A stretch of DNA of 64,000 nt from a virus: IMG/VR virus record IMGVR_UViG_3300025112_000010, positions 1-64,000 of that record. One strand, 5' to 3'. Of the stretch, positions 8,387 to 16,697 are shown piece after piece. The notes below the pieces were generated by a model. The model was given only the letters and a program-made list of their open reading frames with translations, ran no database searches and was not told where the DNA came from. A program made the translations under genes and the position numbers. Numbering within the stretch: the first letter of the stretch is position 1; each line of letters opens with the position of its first letter.

Positions 8387-9322
8387 CTAGGAGGCGACCT
8401 CCGGTGCCTTCACCAAGACCGAAGCCTTGGTTGGGCGTTTGTAGAAGCCGAAGTAGGCGTCGTCCTTGCTCTGCTCAAGGCGAGCAGTGAAGGTGACCTT
8501 GTCACCCTTGGCAACGTCCAGGTCCGATGGGATCGAGCCCCAAACCTTGAAGCCTTCGTCGTCCTTGACGAGCATCTTCCAGGTGCAGCCGAAGCGGCTT
8601 TCCTGTAGCTTGGTGGATAGCACGGTGCCGGTGACAACTCCTCGCCCCGTTGGGCACTCGGTGCCGTTGGCGAGTTGGTCTGCCTTCTCGGCAACCTTGT
8701 TGGCTTCCCACTTCGCTTGACGATCCAGGTCGGCCTTGACCTTGGCGGGCATGCCAGAGATCAGAGCCATCTGCTTGGGCGAGATCTTGCCGTACTTGAC
8801 AGCTCGGCTGATGATGTCGCGGAGGACATTCAACGACCAAGTTGCATAGCCCTTGGAGTCGATCCAACCTTGCTTGGTCAGCGAGGTCTGGTCCCACTCT
8901 CGTGCTACCTCGAAGAGGAACTCGACGCCAGCGTCTGCGAGCATCTTGATGCACTTCACTTTGCCTGCCTTCGCTTCGCGGAAGCTCTTGGTGGCGTGCT
9001 GGATAGCCTTGAAGGCGTTAGCACTCCCCATCTCCAGCTTCTCGGCACAGGTGGAACCCAGTGCGATGTAGCTGTTCGTCTTGGCGTGATAGAACGCACA
9101 AGTGTAGATCGCGTTGACCGAACCGCAGCAGTGGCACTGCCCGCCATGGTTGTGGTCGGAGAACTTCGCACCCGTTCGAGCTTGGTGGGCGTTGAAGATG
9201 GAACGCTCTTCCTGCACGAGCTGGATGGCGTCGTACTCGGCCTTGAAGACCAACTGTGCCACGTAGGTGTAGTCGGCGGGAACGATGGCAGATGGTCGGT
9301 GGATGTCAGTTCGCTTGGTCAT
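8387..9322 (-). CDS. Hypothetical 311-aa protein with a Cys/His cluster (HNHGGQCHCCGS).
   Basis: ORF track; start at MTKRTDIH after AGGAGACCTGACC. Confidence 0.6.
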   Translation of the reverse strand: MTKRTDIHRPSAIVPADYTYVAQLVFKAEYDAIQLVQEERSIFNAHQARTGAKFSDHNHGGQCHCCGSVNAIYTCAFYHAKTNSYIALGSTCAEKLEMGSANAFKAIQHATKSFREAKAGKVKCIKMLADAGVEFLFEVAREWDQTSLTKQGWIDSKGYATWSLNVLRDIISRAVKYGKISPKQMALISGMPAKVKADLDRQAKWEANKVAEKADQLANGTECPTGRGVVTGTVLSTKLQESRFGCTWKMLVKDDEGFKVWGSIPSDLDVAKGDKVTFTARLEQSKDDAYFGFYKRPTKASVLVKAPEVAS

Positions 9323-9344
9323 GGTCAGGTCTCCCTTGGTTGTT

Positions 9345-9440
9345 GTGGGCTGCGGTAGTCGCAAACCTCATATAAGTAAGTTATCGTCCCCAAAGCTTCC
9401 CGTCAACAACAATTCTTCCAAAGTTGGAAAGTTTCTTCGT
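9345..9440 (-). promoter_or_regulatory. Promoter and 5-prime UTR cassette, copy 4 (divergent variant).
   Basis: CCCGTCAACAA and CATATAAGTAAG blocks. Confidence 0.5.
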
Positions 9441-9478
9441 TTTTTCTACCCTGTATAGCGGGTTTTGCCATAAAGTTT

Positions 9479-9880
9479 TCAGGATTTATCTTCAGCATTG
9501 GGCACGAGCCCTTCGATGAAGGAGAGCAACTGGGCTCGAATCTCGGGGGTGATGTTAAAACAGCCTCCCTTTCGAGTAGTTTGTATCAGGTCTGTGACGT
9601 TGTTACAGCGTCGGGCGGCATTGCGGTCGAGTTTCTGCTGGGCGAGCCCTGCCTGGGCCTCCTCGACGGTGCAGAGGTGGATCGACGACCAACTGTCTGC
9701 TCCCTTCTGGTAGCCGCTCTTGTTGAAGCGTCGGTCGCACTCGGTCACCAGGATTCCCGTTGGGGTCACCCGTTTGACTTTGGAGATGGTGTAGGTGTCT
9801 CGGCCAAGGGCACCTCGGCCTACGCGAAACGCAACAGGATCTCCAGCGGCGTAACCTTCGGTTGTCAAGTATCTAAGCAT
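9479..9880 (-). CDS. Hypothetical protein (133 aa).
   Basis: ORF track; ATG at 9878-9880. Confidence 0.55.
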   Translation of the reverse strand: MLRYLTTEGYAAGDPVAFRVGRGALGRDTYTISKVKRVTPTGILVTECDRRFNKSGYQKGADSWSSIHLCTVEEAQAGLAQQKLDRNAARRCNNVTDLIQTTRKGGCFNITPEIRAQLLSFIEGLVPNAEDKS

Positions 9881-10035
9881 GTGTCAAGTATTCCTTCTGT
9901 TTTGAAAGCGAGGTGAGGGGCTGACTGTACATTCCATGAAGTGGCACAGTTCGGGATTCTGCGGTTGGGAAATATATTCAAACCTCTCGCAGCCGTCTCG
10001 GTGGGCGTATGAAAACCACCCACCACTCGCTGTGA

Positions 10036-10251
10036 TTACAAGTATTTTCGGTTGATGCCTTCGAGGCGTTTCAGTTCAGCGACGTCGGCTGCGTAGATGG
10101 CTTCTCCACCGTCCCCGTAGCAGCCTTCCTGGCCCTTGGTTCCGTAGCGGGCGACGTAGCCTGCGAGGTCGCCCCCGCAGCTCTCGATCCACTTGCTCTG
10201 TCGGAAGATCGCGAACGAGACGAGTGTTCGTGGGAGTGTTTTTCTGCTCAT
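10036..10251 (-). CDS. Hypothetical protein (71 aa).
   Basis: ORF track; RBS AGGAGACCCAGACC. Confidence 0.5.
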   Translation of the reverse strand: MSRKTLPRTLVSFAIFRQSKWIESCGGDLAGYVARYGTKGQEGCYGDGGEAIYAADVAELKRLEGINRKYL

Positions 10252-10263
10252 GGTCTGGGTCTC

Positions 10264-10383
10264 CTAGACGAGGTTGTTTCGGGTGATGAAATTCAGCATC
10301 GCGGCCCATCGGGCATCGCTGATCGAGTTGGTGGGCTTAACACCTTTGCCGTAGACGACGGCGTTGATTGCTCGGGCGAGTGT
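10264..10383 (-). CDS. Unlisted small ORF (39 aa, MTLARAINAVVYGKG...).
   Basis: Manual translation: ATG after GGAGACCAGATCG; its TAG stop overlaps the RBS of the next gene. Confidence 0.3.
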   Translation of the reverse strand, partial: TLARAINAVVYGKGVKPTNSISDARWAAMLNFITRNNLV

Positions 10384-10395
10384 CATCGATCTGGT

Positions 10396-10411
10396 CTCCT
10401 ATTATTAGGCG
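10396..10411. promoter_or_regulatory. CTCCTATTATTAGGCG palindromic motif overlapping the RBS of the small ORF.
   Basis: Read directly. Confidence 0.4.
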
Positions 10412-10436
10412 AAAGGTTAGGTCCCCGCAGAGCCCC

Positions 10437-10826
10437 TCAGAGGCTCTTGCGGTAGACGACGTAGCAGTGGGTGATCTTACGTCGGTCTGACTTGCGTCGA
10501 TCCGTATCGACGATTGTGCGACCGTGGGCACCAACCAGGAGGGCGTGCCCGTCAACCCGGATGATGAATCCGTAGGCATCGACTTCCTTGGCAAGTTGTA
10601 CCATCTTTGCTCGTGCCCCGCCAACCGTTTTCCCCTTGACCTGGGACAGGCGGCTGCGGACAGTGAACTTCTTGCGAACTGCACCCACCAGATCGCTGAT
10701 GTTGTGCAGGTAGCGGGTGACGTTCTCACAGCCAAAGGCTTGGGCCACTGCCAGGGCACAAATGTTCTTGTTGCCGTTCTGGCTGTTGTTGCTGCGGGCT
10801 CGTTGGGCTGCTCGGTTGATTGCCAT
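10437..10826 (-). CDS. Hypothetical basic protein.
   Basis: ORF track; start at MAINRAAQ after GGAGACCAAGACG. Confidence 0.55.
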   Translation of the reverse strand: MAINRAAQRARSNNSQNGNKNICALAVAQAFGCENVTRYLHNISDLVGAVRKKFTVRSRLSQVKGKTVGGARAKMVQLAKEVDAYGFIIRVDGHALLVGAHGRTIVDTDRRKSDRRKITHCYVVYRKSL

Positions 10827-10849
10827 CGTCTTGGTCTCCCGTTTGGTGG

Positions 10850-10942
10850 TCTCCGTTTGCGGTAGTCGCAAACCTCATATAAGTAACTTATCGACTGGCA
10901 AGTCTCCCGTCAACAGCAATTCTGCCAAAGTTGGAAAGTTTT
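10850..10942 (-). promoter_or_regulatory. Promoter and 5-prime UTR cassette, copy 5 (variant similar to copy 4).
   Basis: Conserved blocks. Confidence 0.5.
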
Positions 10943-11167
10943 TTATCTGGCCCTTTGATAGAGGGTTCGCTTGGCCCATCGCTTGCCTGACAGCAGGACC
11001 TCGACTCGGTGCCGCACCACTCGGAACGTGTTGCTGCTCACGTCGATGTCTACGCCGTCCAGCTCCACCGTCCACCAGGGCTCGCCTCGGTGGGTCAGCT
11101 TGAAGGCAACGAACTTCCCCACAGCGGTCTCAAGGGTGTAGTGACCTCGGCATACTTTTTTCCACAT
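10943..11167 (-). CDS. Hypothetical protein (74 aa).
   Basis: ORF track; start at MWKKVCRG after GGAGGCCAAGACC. Confidence 0.5.
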   Translation of the reverse strand: MWKKVCRGHYTLETAVGKFVAFKLTHRGEPWWTVELDGVDIDVSSNTFRVVRHRVEVLLSGKRWAKRTLYQRAR

Positions 11168-11183
11168 GGTCTTGGCCTCCAGG

Positions 11184-11609
11184 TTAGTTGGTGAGTCGGT
11201 ATCGGGCGATCTTGCGTTGGCAGGCGTTTTGCCCACCGAAGAGGTTGTCTCGGTTCTCGACCATCTCGTAGATGGTGTAGATGTCCTTCTGGAGCTTTCC
11301 GGCCTTGACCAGGGCTGTGAGGTCGGCGGGCTTGTGTGCGGGCAGGTAGCGGCTTGGCGTCCAGGCTGTGTCGCAGCCTTTGGTGTCGGCTTCGATGAAG
11401 GCCAGGAGAGCTGCTCGGTCGGTCGCGATCTGCGCCTTGGTTCGACGGTTGGCTAATCTAGCTTCCCACTTGGTGGCAGCTACCGTGGCTTGACGAAGAA
11501 ACCGTCTACGTCGTGGGGAGCCTTTGTCGGCTCGGGCTGCTGCAACCAAAAAAGCTCGAACGCTTTTCTTGTTCTGGTGCGTTCGGCAGAGGTTTTTGTC
11601 GAAGGTCAT
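11184..11609 (-). CDS. Hypothetical Arg/Lys-rich protein.
   Basis: ORF track; RBS GGAGACCAAGACG. Confidence 0.55.
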   Translation of the reverse strand: MTFDKNLCRTHQNKKSVRAFLVAAARADKGSPRRRRFLRQATVAATKWEARLANRRTKAQIATDRAALLAFIEADTKGCDTAWTPSRYLPAHKPADLTALVKAGKLQKDIYTIYEMVENRDNLFGGQNACQRKIARYRLTN

Positions 11610-11624
11610 CGTCTTGGTCTCCCG

Positions 11625-11715
11625 TTTGCGTTGCGTTGTTTAAGCTTCTATAAGTAATCTATCGGCAACGATCTTCCACGTCAACAGGGATTCCGGAAAA
11701 GTTTCGAGAAAGTTT
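11625..11715 (-). promoter_or_regulatory. Promoter and 5-prime UTR cassette, copy 6.
   Basis: Conserved block. Confidence 0.55.
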
Positions 11716-11973
11716 TTAGGACCGCAGGACGTTGCCTGCGGCGTCCATCGAATCGCCCTCGTTGATGTGGACAACATGAGCCTCGAAGGGTCCCTTGTTC
11801 AGCGGGTGGCGGTAGCGGGCTCCTGCCTTCAACGCAGGCCCAAGGTACTTGTATTCCTTCACACAGGAGGGATAGGAGCCAAACATGGCGAAGCTTCTCC
11901 ACTTGTTGTCGTAGCAGAGACGGTCCCCGGTCTCGGGGCAGACGACGATCTTGGTTGAGTTATCTCTGGGCAT
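11716..11973 (-). CDS. Hypothetical protein (85 aa).
   Basis: ORF track. Confidence 0.5.
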   Translation of the reverse strand: MPRDNSTKIVVCPETGDRLCYDNKWRSFAMFGSYPSCVKEYKYLGPALKAGARYRHPLNKGPFEAHVVHINEGDSMDAAGNVLRS

Positions 11974-12102
11974 TCTTGATTTCCTTTTTGGCTTGGGTTC
12001 GTCGGAGTTTCTTGCTTAGTGTTTTGAGGGTCTCAGTTCGCTCCCAGCGGGACTTCCCGCCGTTGGAGCCTACCATCCCTCGTTTGATCTTGAGGCTCAC
12101 TG

Positions 12103-12252
12103 TTAGCCCTCCTGGATTGCCTTGCGGCTCTTGGCACCTCGGGTGCGGTTGCGTTTGGTACGACGGTCCCCCATGGCACCGGCGCTGGAGTTGCGATCCT
12201 GGTGCCCCTTGCGGAGGGGACGGTCCTTGATGGTGATGATGATCTTTTTCAT
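12103..12252 (-). CDS. Small, highly basic protein (49 aa, MKKIIITIKDRPLRKG...).
   Basis: ORF track trimmed to the ATG that follows GGAAACCGAGACC. Confidence 0.4.
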   Translation of the reverse strand: MKKIIITIKDRPLRKGHQDRNSSAGAMGDRRTKRNRTRGAKSRKAIQEG

Positions 12253-12265
12253 GGTCTCGGTTTCC

Positions 12266-12481
12266 TTAGCTGAATTTCTTGCTGATCTTGGCGCTGTAAA
12301 CTTCGCCTTCTGGGATTTGGTAGCTGTCGCCGCTGACAAGCCTGTCAGTGTAGCGGACAGTGAAGGTGCCTTCGTTGCTCTTGTTGAGTCGGAACCCGGT
12401 AATCTGGACTTCGCGACCGCTCTTGAGTGTCAGGTAGGTTCCGACTGCTGTCTTGCTGACTCGTGGCTTTCGTTGTCGCAT
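12266..12481 (-). CDS. Hypothetical protein (71 aa).
   Basis: ORF track trimmed; RBS GGAGACGAGACC. Confidence 0.5.
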   Translation of the reverse strand: MRQRKPRVSKTAVGTYLTLKSGREVQITGFRLNKSNEGTFTVRYTDRLVSGDSYQIPEGEVYSAKISKKFS

Positions 12482-12494
12482 GGTCTCGTCTCCG

Positions 12495-12582
12495 TTTGGC
12501 GTTTCGTTAACTTCTATAAGCATCTTATCGGCAACGATCTTCCACGTCAACAGGGTTTCTGGAAAAGTTTCGAGAAAGTTTC
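12495..12582 (-). promoter_or_regulatory. Promoter and 5-prime UTR cassette, copy 7.
   Basis: Conserved block. Confidence 0.55.
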
Positions 12583-12861
12583 TCAGCGGCTCCAGCAGGC
12601 GTAGCCACCGTCTCGGGTTGGGTCAGCGTAGAGCGAGTCCACGTCCACCTCCACTCCCTCCTCGAACAGGAGGTCCCTCAGAGCCTCCTGCAGGTCGCTC
12701 TTGTTGGTCTGGGCTCCGAAGTCGGCGTACCACTCGCCAGACTCCTCGTGGACGATCTCGCCGTCTACAGCGAACTTGGTGCGGTAGGCCCAGGCTTGGT
12801 CGTGCGAGCCGTTGTCCCAGAAGATGGAAGCGGATACGAGGGTCTGCTTTTTGTCTGCCAT
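12583..12861 (-). CDS. Hypothetical acidic protein.
   Basis: ORF track trimmed to MADKKQTL after GGAGACCAAGACA. Confidence 0.5.
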   Translation of the reverse strand: MADKKQTLVSASIFWDNGSHDQAWAYRTKFAVDGEIVHEESGEWYADFGAQTNKSDLQEALRDLLFEEGVEVDVDSLYADPTRDGGYACWSR

Positions 12862-12935
12862 TGTCTTGGTCTCCATTAGAGGGGGTTGGAAGGGCATCCG
12901 TCTCCCCACCGTTTCCAGTGGGGGTGAGGGTGACC

Positions 12936-13136
12936 TCAGATTCCGAGGAAGGTTAAAGCTTCTTCGCTGACGGCAGAGACCCCTGGGATCTGAGATCCCG
13001 TGACCTCGCCCGTGCAGACAACAACGAAGAGGGAGTTGACCACTTCAAGCTTGGTGATGGTCTCACCGTGTACGCTGGTGATGAGCAGGATCAGAGCAGA
13101 GAAGGCTGCTGGCGTGTTGGCGGTTAAGTAGGACAT
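12936..13136 (-). CDS. Small hydrophobic protein (66 aa).
   Basis: ORF track; RBS GGGAGACCAAGAC. Confidence 0.45.
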   Translation of the reverse strand: MSYLTANTPAAFSALILLITSVHGETITKLEVVNSLFVVVCTGEVTGSQIPGVSAVSEEALTFLGI

Positions 13137-13149
13137 GTCTTGGTCTCCC

Positions 13150-13244
13150 GGTTAGTGTTGCGACTTGGTTAACTTCTATAAGCTACTTTATCGGCTGTCC
13201 CTGCTGCCGTCAACAGGGAAACCGAGAAAGTTTCGAGAATCTTT
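13150..13244 (-). promoter_or_regulatory. Promoter and 5-prime UTR cassette, copy 8.
   Basis: Conserved block. Confidence 0.55.
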
Positions 13245-13661
13245 TCAGGCCCCTAGGACGGTGACCTGCCAGGGCTTCGCACCGACTGCGAGGGACTTCA
13301 TCACAGCCTTGTCTGCGGCCTGCACAGTGTCGTAGCGAGCGGCGAGGTCGCTGTCCTTGGTGAGGCTTCGCCCACCTTCGCCAAGGTAGACCCAGACGCC
13401 GTAGCGGTTTTCGACCTGGACGGCGAAGGAGACCTTCTTGGCCTCTGCTGTCTTGGTCTCCACTGCTGCGACCTTCTCGCCCCAGGCGGCGTCCCATGCA
13501 GCCACAGCGGCTCGCATGTCCTCGATGTTCAACACGTCGGCTACGCTGCCGATGGTGTTGTAGTCGGCGTCCTGGAGCAGGACGGTGACGTTGACCCCGC
13601 CCACCCGCATGCCTGCGGGGGAGAGGTCGAAAACTTGGTGGATGTGGGATGGCTTTTTCAT
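13245..13661 (-). CDS. Hypothetical protein (138 aa).
   Basis: ORF track; RBS CGGAGACCAAGACA. Confidence 0.55.
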   Translation of the reverse strand: MKKPSHIHQVFDLSPAGMRVGGVNVTVLLQDADYNTIGSVADVLNIEDMRAAVAAWDAAWGEKVAAVETKTAEAKKVSFAVQVENRYGVWVYLGEGGRSLTKDSDLAARYDTVQAADKAVMKSLAVGAKPWQVTVLGA

Positions 13662-13674
13662 TGTCTTGGTCTCC

Positions 13675-13715
13675 GGTTTCGAGAAAGAAAAACTTAACTT
13701 CTATTGAGATTCTTT
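13675..13715 (-). promoter_or_regulatory. Truncated promoter cassette, copy 9 (only the -10-proximal block is retained).
   Basis: AACTTCTATTGAGA block. Confidence 0.35.
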
Positions 13716-13976
13716 TTAGCTCCGATCCACGCTCCAAGGTGCGGAGCTGATTCCGTAGCTGATGATCTTGACGTCCTCGCCCTGGAGGGTCGCCGTGGCT
13801 TCCCGGACGAAGTCGCCGTGGATGTTCACGTAGCTGGTCATGTTGCGGGCGACTCGTTCGACCACTCGGACCTGTCGGTTCTTCGCCGCGCGGTGGGTCT
13901 TCTGCATGCAGCGGATCTTGACCTTGCGGTCTGCGTGGGTGTTCTCGTGCAGGCGAGTCTGGGTGCTTTTGGTCAT
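13716..13976 (-). CDS. Hypothetical basic protein (86 aa).
   Basis: ORF track; RBS GGGAGACCAGACG. Confidence 0.5.
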   Translation of the reverse strand: MTKSTQTRLHENTHADRKVKIRCMQKTHRAAKNRQVRVVERVARNMTSYVNIHGDFVREATATLQGEDVKIISYGISSAPWSVDRS

Positions 13977-13994
13977 CGTCTGGTCTCCCGTTCG

Positions 13995-14080
13995 AGTTGT
14001 GTTGTTTAAGCTTCTATAAGTAATCTATCGACTGTCCAGTTCCCCGTCAACAGGGAAACTGGAAACTTTTCGAGAATCTT
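13995..14080 (-). promoter_or_regulatory. Promoter and 5-prime UTR cassette, copy 10.
   Basis: Conserved block. Confidence 0.55.
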
Positions 14081-14287
14081 TTAGATCCCCATTTCGTCGG
14101 CTTGTCGCAGCAGGTTGCCGCCTGTCTTCGAGCCCTCTTCGTGCCCGAACATTCGGGAGACGACGTCCTGGTAGGCCCAGGCTGCTCCCCACTGGCTATC
14201 GGGGCCTCGCTGCTTGGCTTGGCTCATGGCGTTCTCTGCGAGCATGTTCAGGGTGTTCAGGCTGATCTCGTTTTTGGTGGCTGGCAT
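14081..14287 (-). CDS. Hypothetical protein (68 aa).
   Basis: ORF track; RBS GGGAGACCAAGACG. Confidence 0.5.
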   Translation of the reverse strand: MPATKNEISLNTLNMLAENAMSQAKQRGPDSQWGAAWAYQDVVSRMFGHEEGSKTGGNLLRQADEMGI

Positions 14288-14304
14288 CGTCTTGGTCTCC
14301 CGTT

Positions 14305-14392
14305 CGAGTTAGTTGGTTAAGCTTCTATAAGTAATCTATCGACTGTCCGGTCCCCCGTCAACAGGGAAACCGGAAAACTTTCGAGAATCTTT
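14305..14392 (-). promoter_or_regulatory. Promoter and 5-prime UTR cassette, copy 11.
   Basis: Conserved block. Confidence 0.55.
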
Positions 14393-14842
14393 TCAGCATA
14401 CTTCGCCCATGTAGCCGTACATCTCATTGGCACTCAGCCAGATGATTGCGAGTTTCCGCTCTGCTGCCGTCAACAGCTCCTCGATGGCTTCGCACTTATC
14501 GATCTTCTCATTCCACTTCTCTTCGTGGGCGTCAGCCTTCGGATCGCAATACTGGAGGGGCTGGTTGTACCGCTGGGCGACTCGGGCGGCTTGCTTGTAC
14601 TTCGTGAGGTTAGAAGGTTTGCGGGCCTCTCTGCGGGCGTCCTGGGCCGCTTTGGTGCGGGAATGTAGCTCCATCCCGCAGTAGTGGATCTCGTCGGCGT
14701 AGTATCCGCACTTGGGGTTATCCGGCATAGCCGTCATAGCTGCTTGGCAATCCTTGATTGTGAAGCGGAGGCTGTCGTCGCTGCGGCCCTTTAGGGACTT
14801 GGGATAGTTCGCGTGATCGATTTGAGGGGCGTCGGTTGGCAT
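14393..14842 (-). CDS. Hypothetical protein (149 aa).
   Basis: ORF track trimmed to MPTDAPQ. Confidence 0.5.
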   Translation of the reverse strand: MPTDAPQIDHANYPKSLKGRSDDSLRFTIKDCQAAMTAMPDNPKCGYYADEIHYCGMELHSRTKAAQDARREARKPSNLTKYKQAARVAQRYNQPLQYCDPKADAHEEKWNEKIDKCEAIEELLTAAERKLAIIWLSANEMYGYMGEVC

Positions 14843-14857
14843 GGTTGTGGTCTTCGT

Positions 14858-14944
14858 TTCAGGGGGTTGGTTAACTTCTATAAGTATCCTAGACGAGGTC
14901 CCGGTCCCCGTCAACAGGGGAACCGGGAAAATTCCGAGAAAGTT
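14858..14944 (-). promoter_or_regulatory. Promoter and 5-prime UTR cassette, copy 12.
   Basis: Conserved block. Confidence 0.55.
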
Positions 14945-15427
14945 TTAGCTGGGCACTCGCGAGGCTTTTCGGCTCTCCTCGTACTCCCAGCATTGCTCCT
15001 GAGTCACGGGGTAGTCCAGGACAGCCTGGAGGGCTCGCAACTGCTTGGTCAGCTTCGCCCTGCGGGTCCTGACGTGGGCAGCAGAGGCTTCCCCGTCGCA
15101 GGACAGCATCTCGGGCTCCAGCTCGCCGTAGACGGCGTGGATCGCTGCCATCGTGTGGTACGTGACAGAGTCGAAGGGGTTGAAGCGGATCGCCTCGGCG
15201 GGACGAGTGACGACCTCTACCGGCAGCATGGGGGCATTGCCCGAGGGTGTCATCAGCGAGTAAGGTACTCCCCATACTTCGCCCTTCTTCGAGCGGCTCC
15301 CGCGATTCTCCAAGATCTCGACCTTGGCCTTCTTCGGGTTCAGCTTGACGATCTTGCCGAGAGTCTGCTCTCCGCGAGTCCTGCCAAAGGTGACGGTCAT
15401 TCCTACGGTTGCGTGTGCTTTCATCAT
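14945..15427 (-). CDS. Hypothetical protein (160 aa).
   Basis: ORF track; RBS GGAGACCAAGACC. Confidence 0.55.
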   Translation of the reverse strand: MMKAHATVGMTVTFGRTRGEQTLGKIVKLNPKKAKVEILENRGSRSKKGEVWGVPYSLMTPSGNAPMLPVEVVTRPAEAIRFNPFDSVTYHTMAAIHAVYGELEPEMLSCDGEASAAHVRTRRAKLTKQLRALQAVLDYPVTQEQCWEYEESRKASRVPS

Positions 15428-15444
15428 GGTCTTGGTCTCCAGGT

Positions 15445-15533
15445 TTCGAGGGGTTGGTGTTAACTTCTATAAGTAATCTATCGACTGTCCCGGCTCCCGT
15501 CAACAGGGAAACCGGAAAACTTTTTGGAAAGTT
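15445..15533 (-). promoter_or_regulatory. Promoter and 5-prime UTR cassette, copy 13.
   Basis: Conserved block. Confidence 0.55.
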
Positions 15534-15758
15534 TTAGAAGCCTTCGTCGATCAGGTACGCCACCACCTCGACAGCCGCCTTGCGGGTCTTGCTGATGTCG
15601 TGGAGTCGCGAGGCGTAGCTGTCGTCCACGAAGAAGACTCCCTCTTTCAGGACCGTCTGAGCCAACCAACCGCCATCGGTCTTTTCCACGCGGATGTAGC
15701 GACCCTTGTGTTCGGTGATGTAGGCTCCGCTGAAGGTCTTTGTGAAGTCTCTGGTCAT
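15534..15758 (-). CDS. Hypothetical protein (74 aa).
   Basis: ORF track; RBS GGGAGACAAGACC. Confidence 0.5.
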   Translation of the reverse strand: MTRDFTKTFSGAYITEHKGRYIRVEKTDGGWLAQTVLKEGVFFVDDSYASRLHDISKTRKAAVEVVAYLIDEGF

Positions 15759-15774
15759 GGTCTTGTCTCCCGTT

Positions 15775-15862
15775 TGGCGTCCAGTTGGTTAAGCTTCTAT
15801 AAGTTATAATCGACTGCTCCGGTTCCCGTCAACAGGGAAACCGGAAACTTTTCAAGAAAGTT
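15775..15862 (-). promoter_or_regulatory. Promoter and 5-prime UTR cassette, copy 14.
   Basis: Conserved block. Confidence 0.55.
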
Positions 15863-16108
15863 TTAGACGTCGTAGCCTTGGGCGGCGAGCATCCCCTTGG
15901 TCAGATGACGAAGGAAGTGGAAGACGTCCCCGTTCTGAAAGTCGATCTTGACGAGGGTGTCGCGGATCGAGGCGTGATGATCCCCGGCGTGGACACAGAT
16001 GTAGTCAACGATGTCTTGCCAGACCAGACCGTAGTGGCCTTCAATTCCGATGAAGTCGATCAGCTCTACGCCTTTTTCCTGGATCAAGTTTTCGAGGTAA
16101 GTTCTCAT
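15863..16108 (-). CDS. Hypothetical protein (81 aa).
   Basis: ORF track; RBS GGGAGACCAAAACC. Confidence 0.5.
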   Translation of the reverse strand: MRTYLENLIQEKGVELIDFIGIEGHYGLVWQDIVDYICVHAGDHHASIRDTLVKIDFQNGDVFHFLRHLTKGMLAAQGYDV

Positions 16109-16124
16109 GGTTTTGGTCTCCCGT

Positions 16125-16205
16125 TTGCGTGTGGTGTTTCGTTAACTTCTATAAGTAATCTATCGACTGGGATCTTAGCCGTCAACAGGGATTCCGAGAA
16201 AGTTT
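16125..16205 (-). promoter_or_regulatory. Promoter and 5-prime UTR cassette, copy 15.
   Basis: Conserved block. Confidence 0.55.
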
Positions 16206-16697
16206 TCAGCGGAGACAGGCTGCAAGACGTTTGACCCTACGTTTTAGGGTGTTTTCGTCGGAATTATTATCCAAAATAATATCGCAAAGATCTTTGGAAA
16301 CGGTGTTTGAGATGCCAGATTCTGGTGGTTTCCGCTCTGCAGCGTCCACCCAGATCGATAAATCGAAGAGTCCCTTCTCGCGGGCGTCGAGGAATTCTAT
16401 GCGGTTTCTTATCCCCACGTACATATCGTGTTGGGCGAAGATCTCCCGCGTGAGTCTGGAGGGGTCGTCGGCGTTGTACGCGCAGATCATGTCGAACCAT
16501 TCCTTGCGATGGTTGCCACGATCCTCGAAGGCTTCCTGTGGAGTGTTGTAGCCATACTTGACTTTTAGGGCATCGAACAGAAAGAGTTTGCAGGCGAACA
16601 TACTTGACGAATCGAAGGTTATGTCAAGTGCTTGTTCGAGCAGTTCCCCAACGGTGTCTTTGCCGTGGCGGGCGTAGCCGCAGATCATAAGTTTCAT
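16206..16697 (-). CDS. P-loop protein; dNMP-kinase-like.
   Basis: MKLMICGYARHGKDTV resembles the phage dNMP kinase P-loop (GxxxxGKDT); ATG overlaps the stop of the HD gene. Confidence 0.45.
   Translation of the reverse strand: MKLMICGYARHGKDTVGELLEQALDITFDSSSMFACKLFLFDALKVKYGYNTPQEAFEDRGNHRKEWFDMICAYNADDPSRLTREIFAQHDMYVGIRNRIEFLDAREKGLFDLSIWVDAAERKPPESGISNTVSKDLCDIILDNNSDENTLKRRVKRLAACLR

Noticed and set aside
2095-16210. Possibility that the regularly spaced ~100-bp repeats form a CRISPR-like array
   Set aside because: The repeats are ~100 bp, not 25-40 bp. The intervening segments are ORFs of 200-500 bp with an RBS. The repeat has promoter architecture. No cas genes beyond a Cas4-like nuclease 13 kb away.
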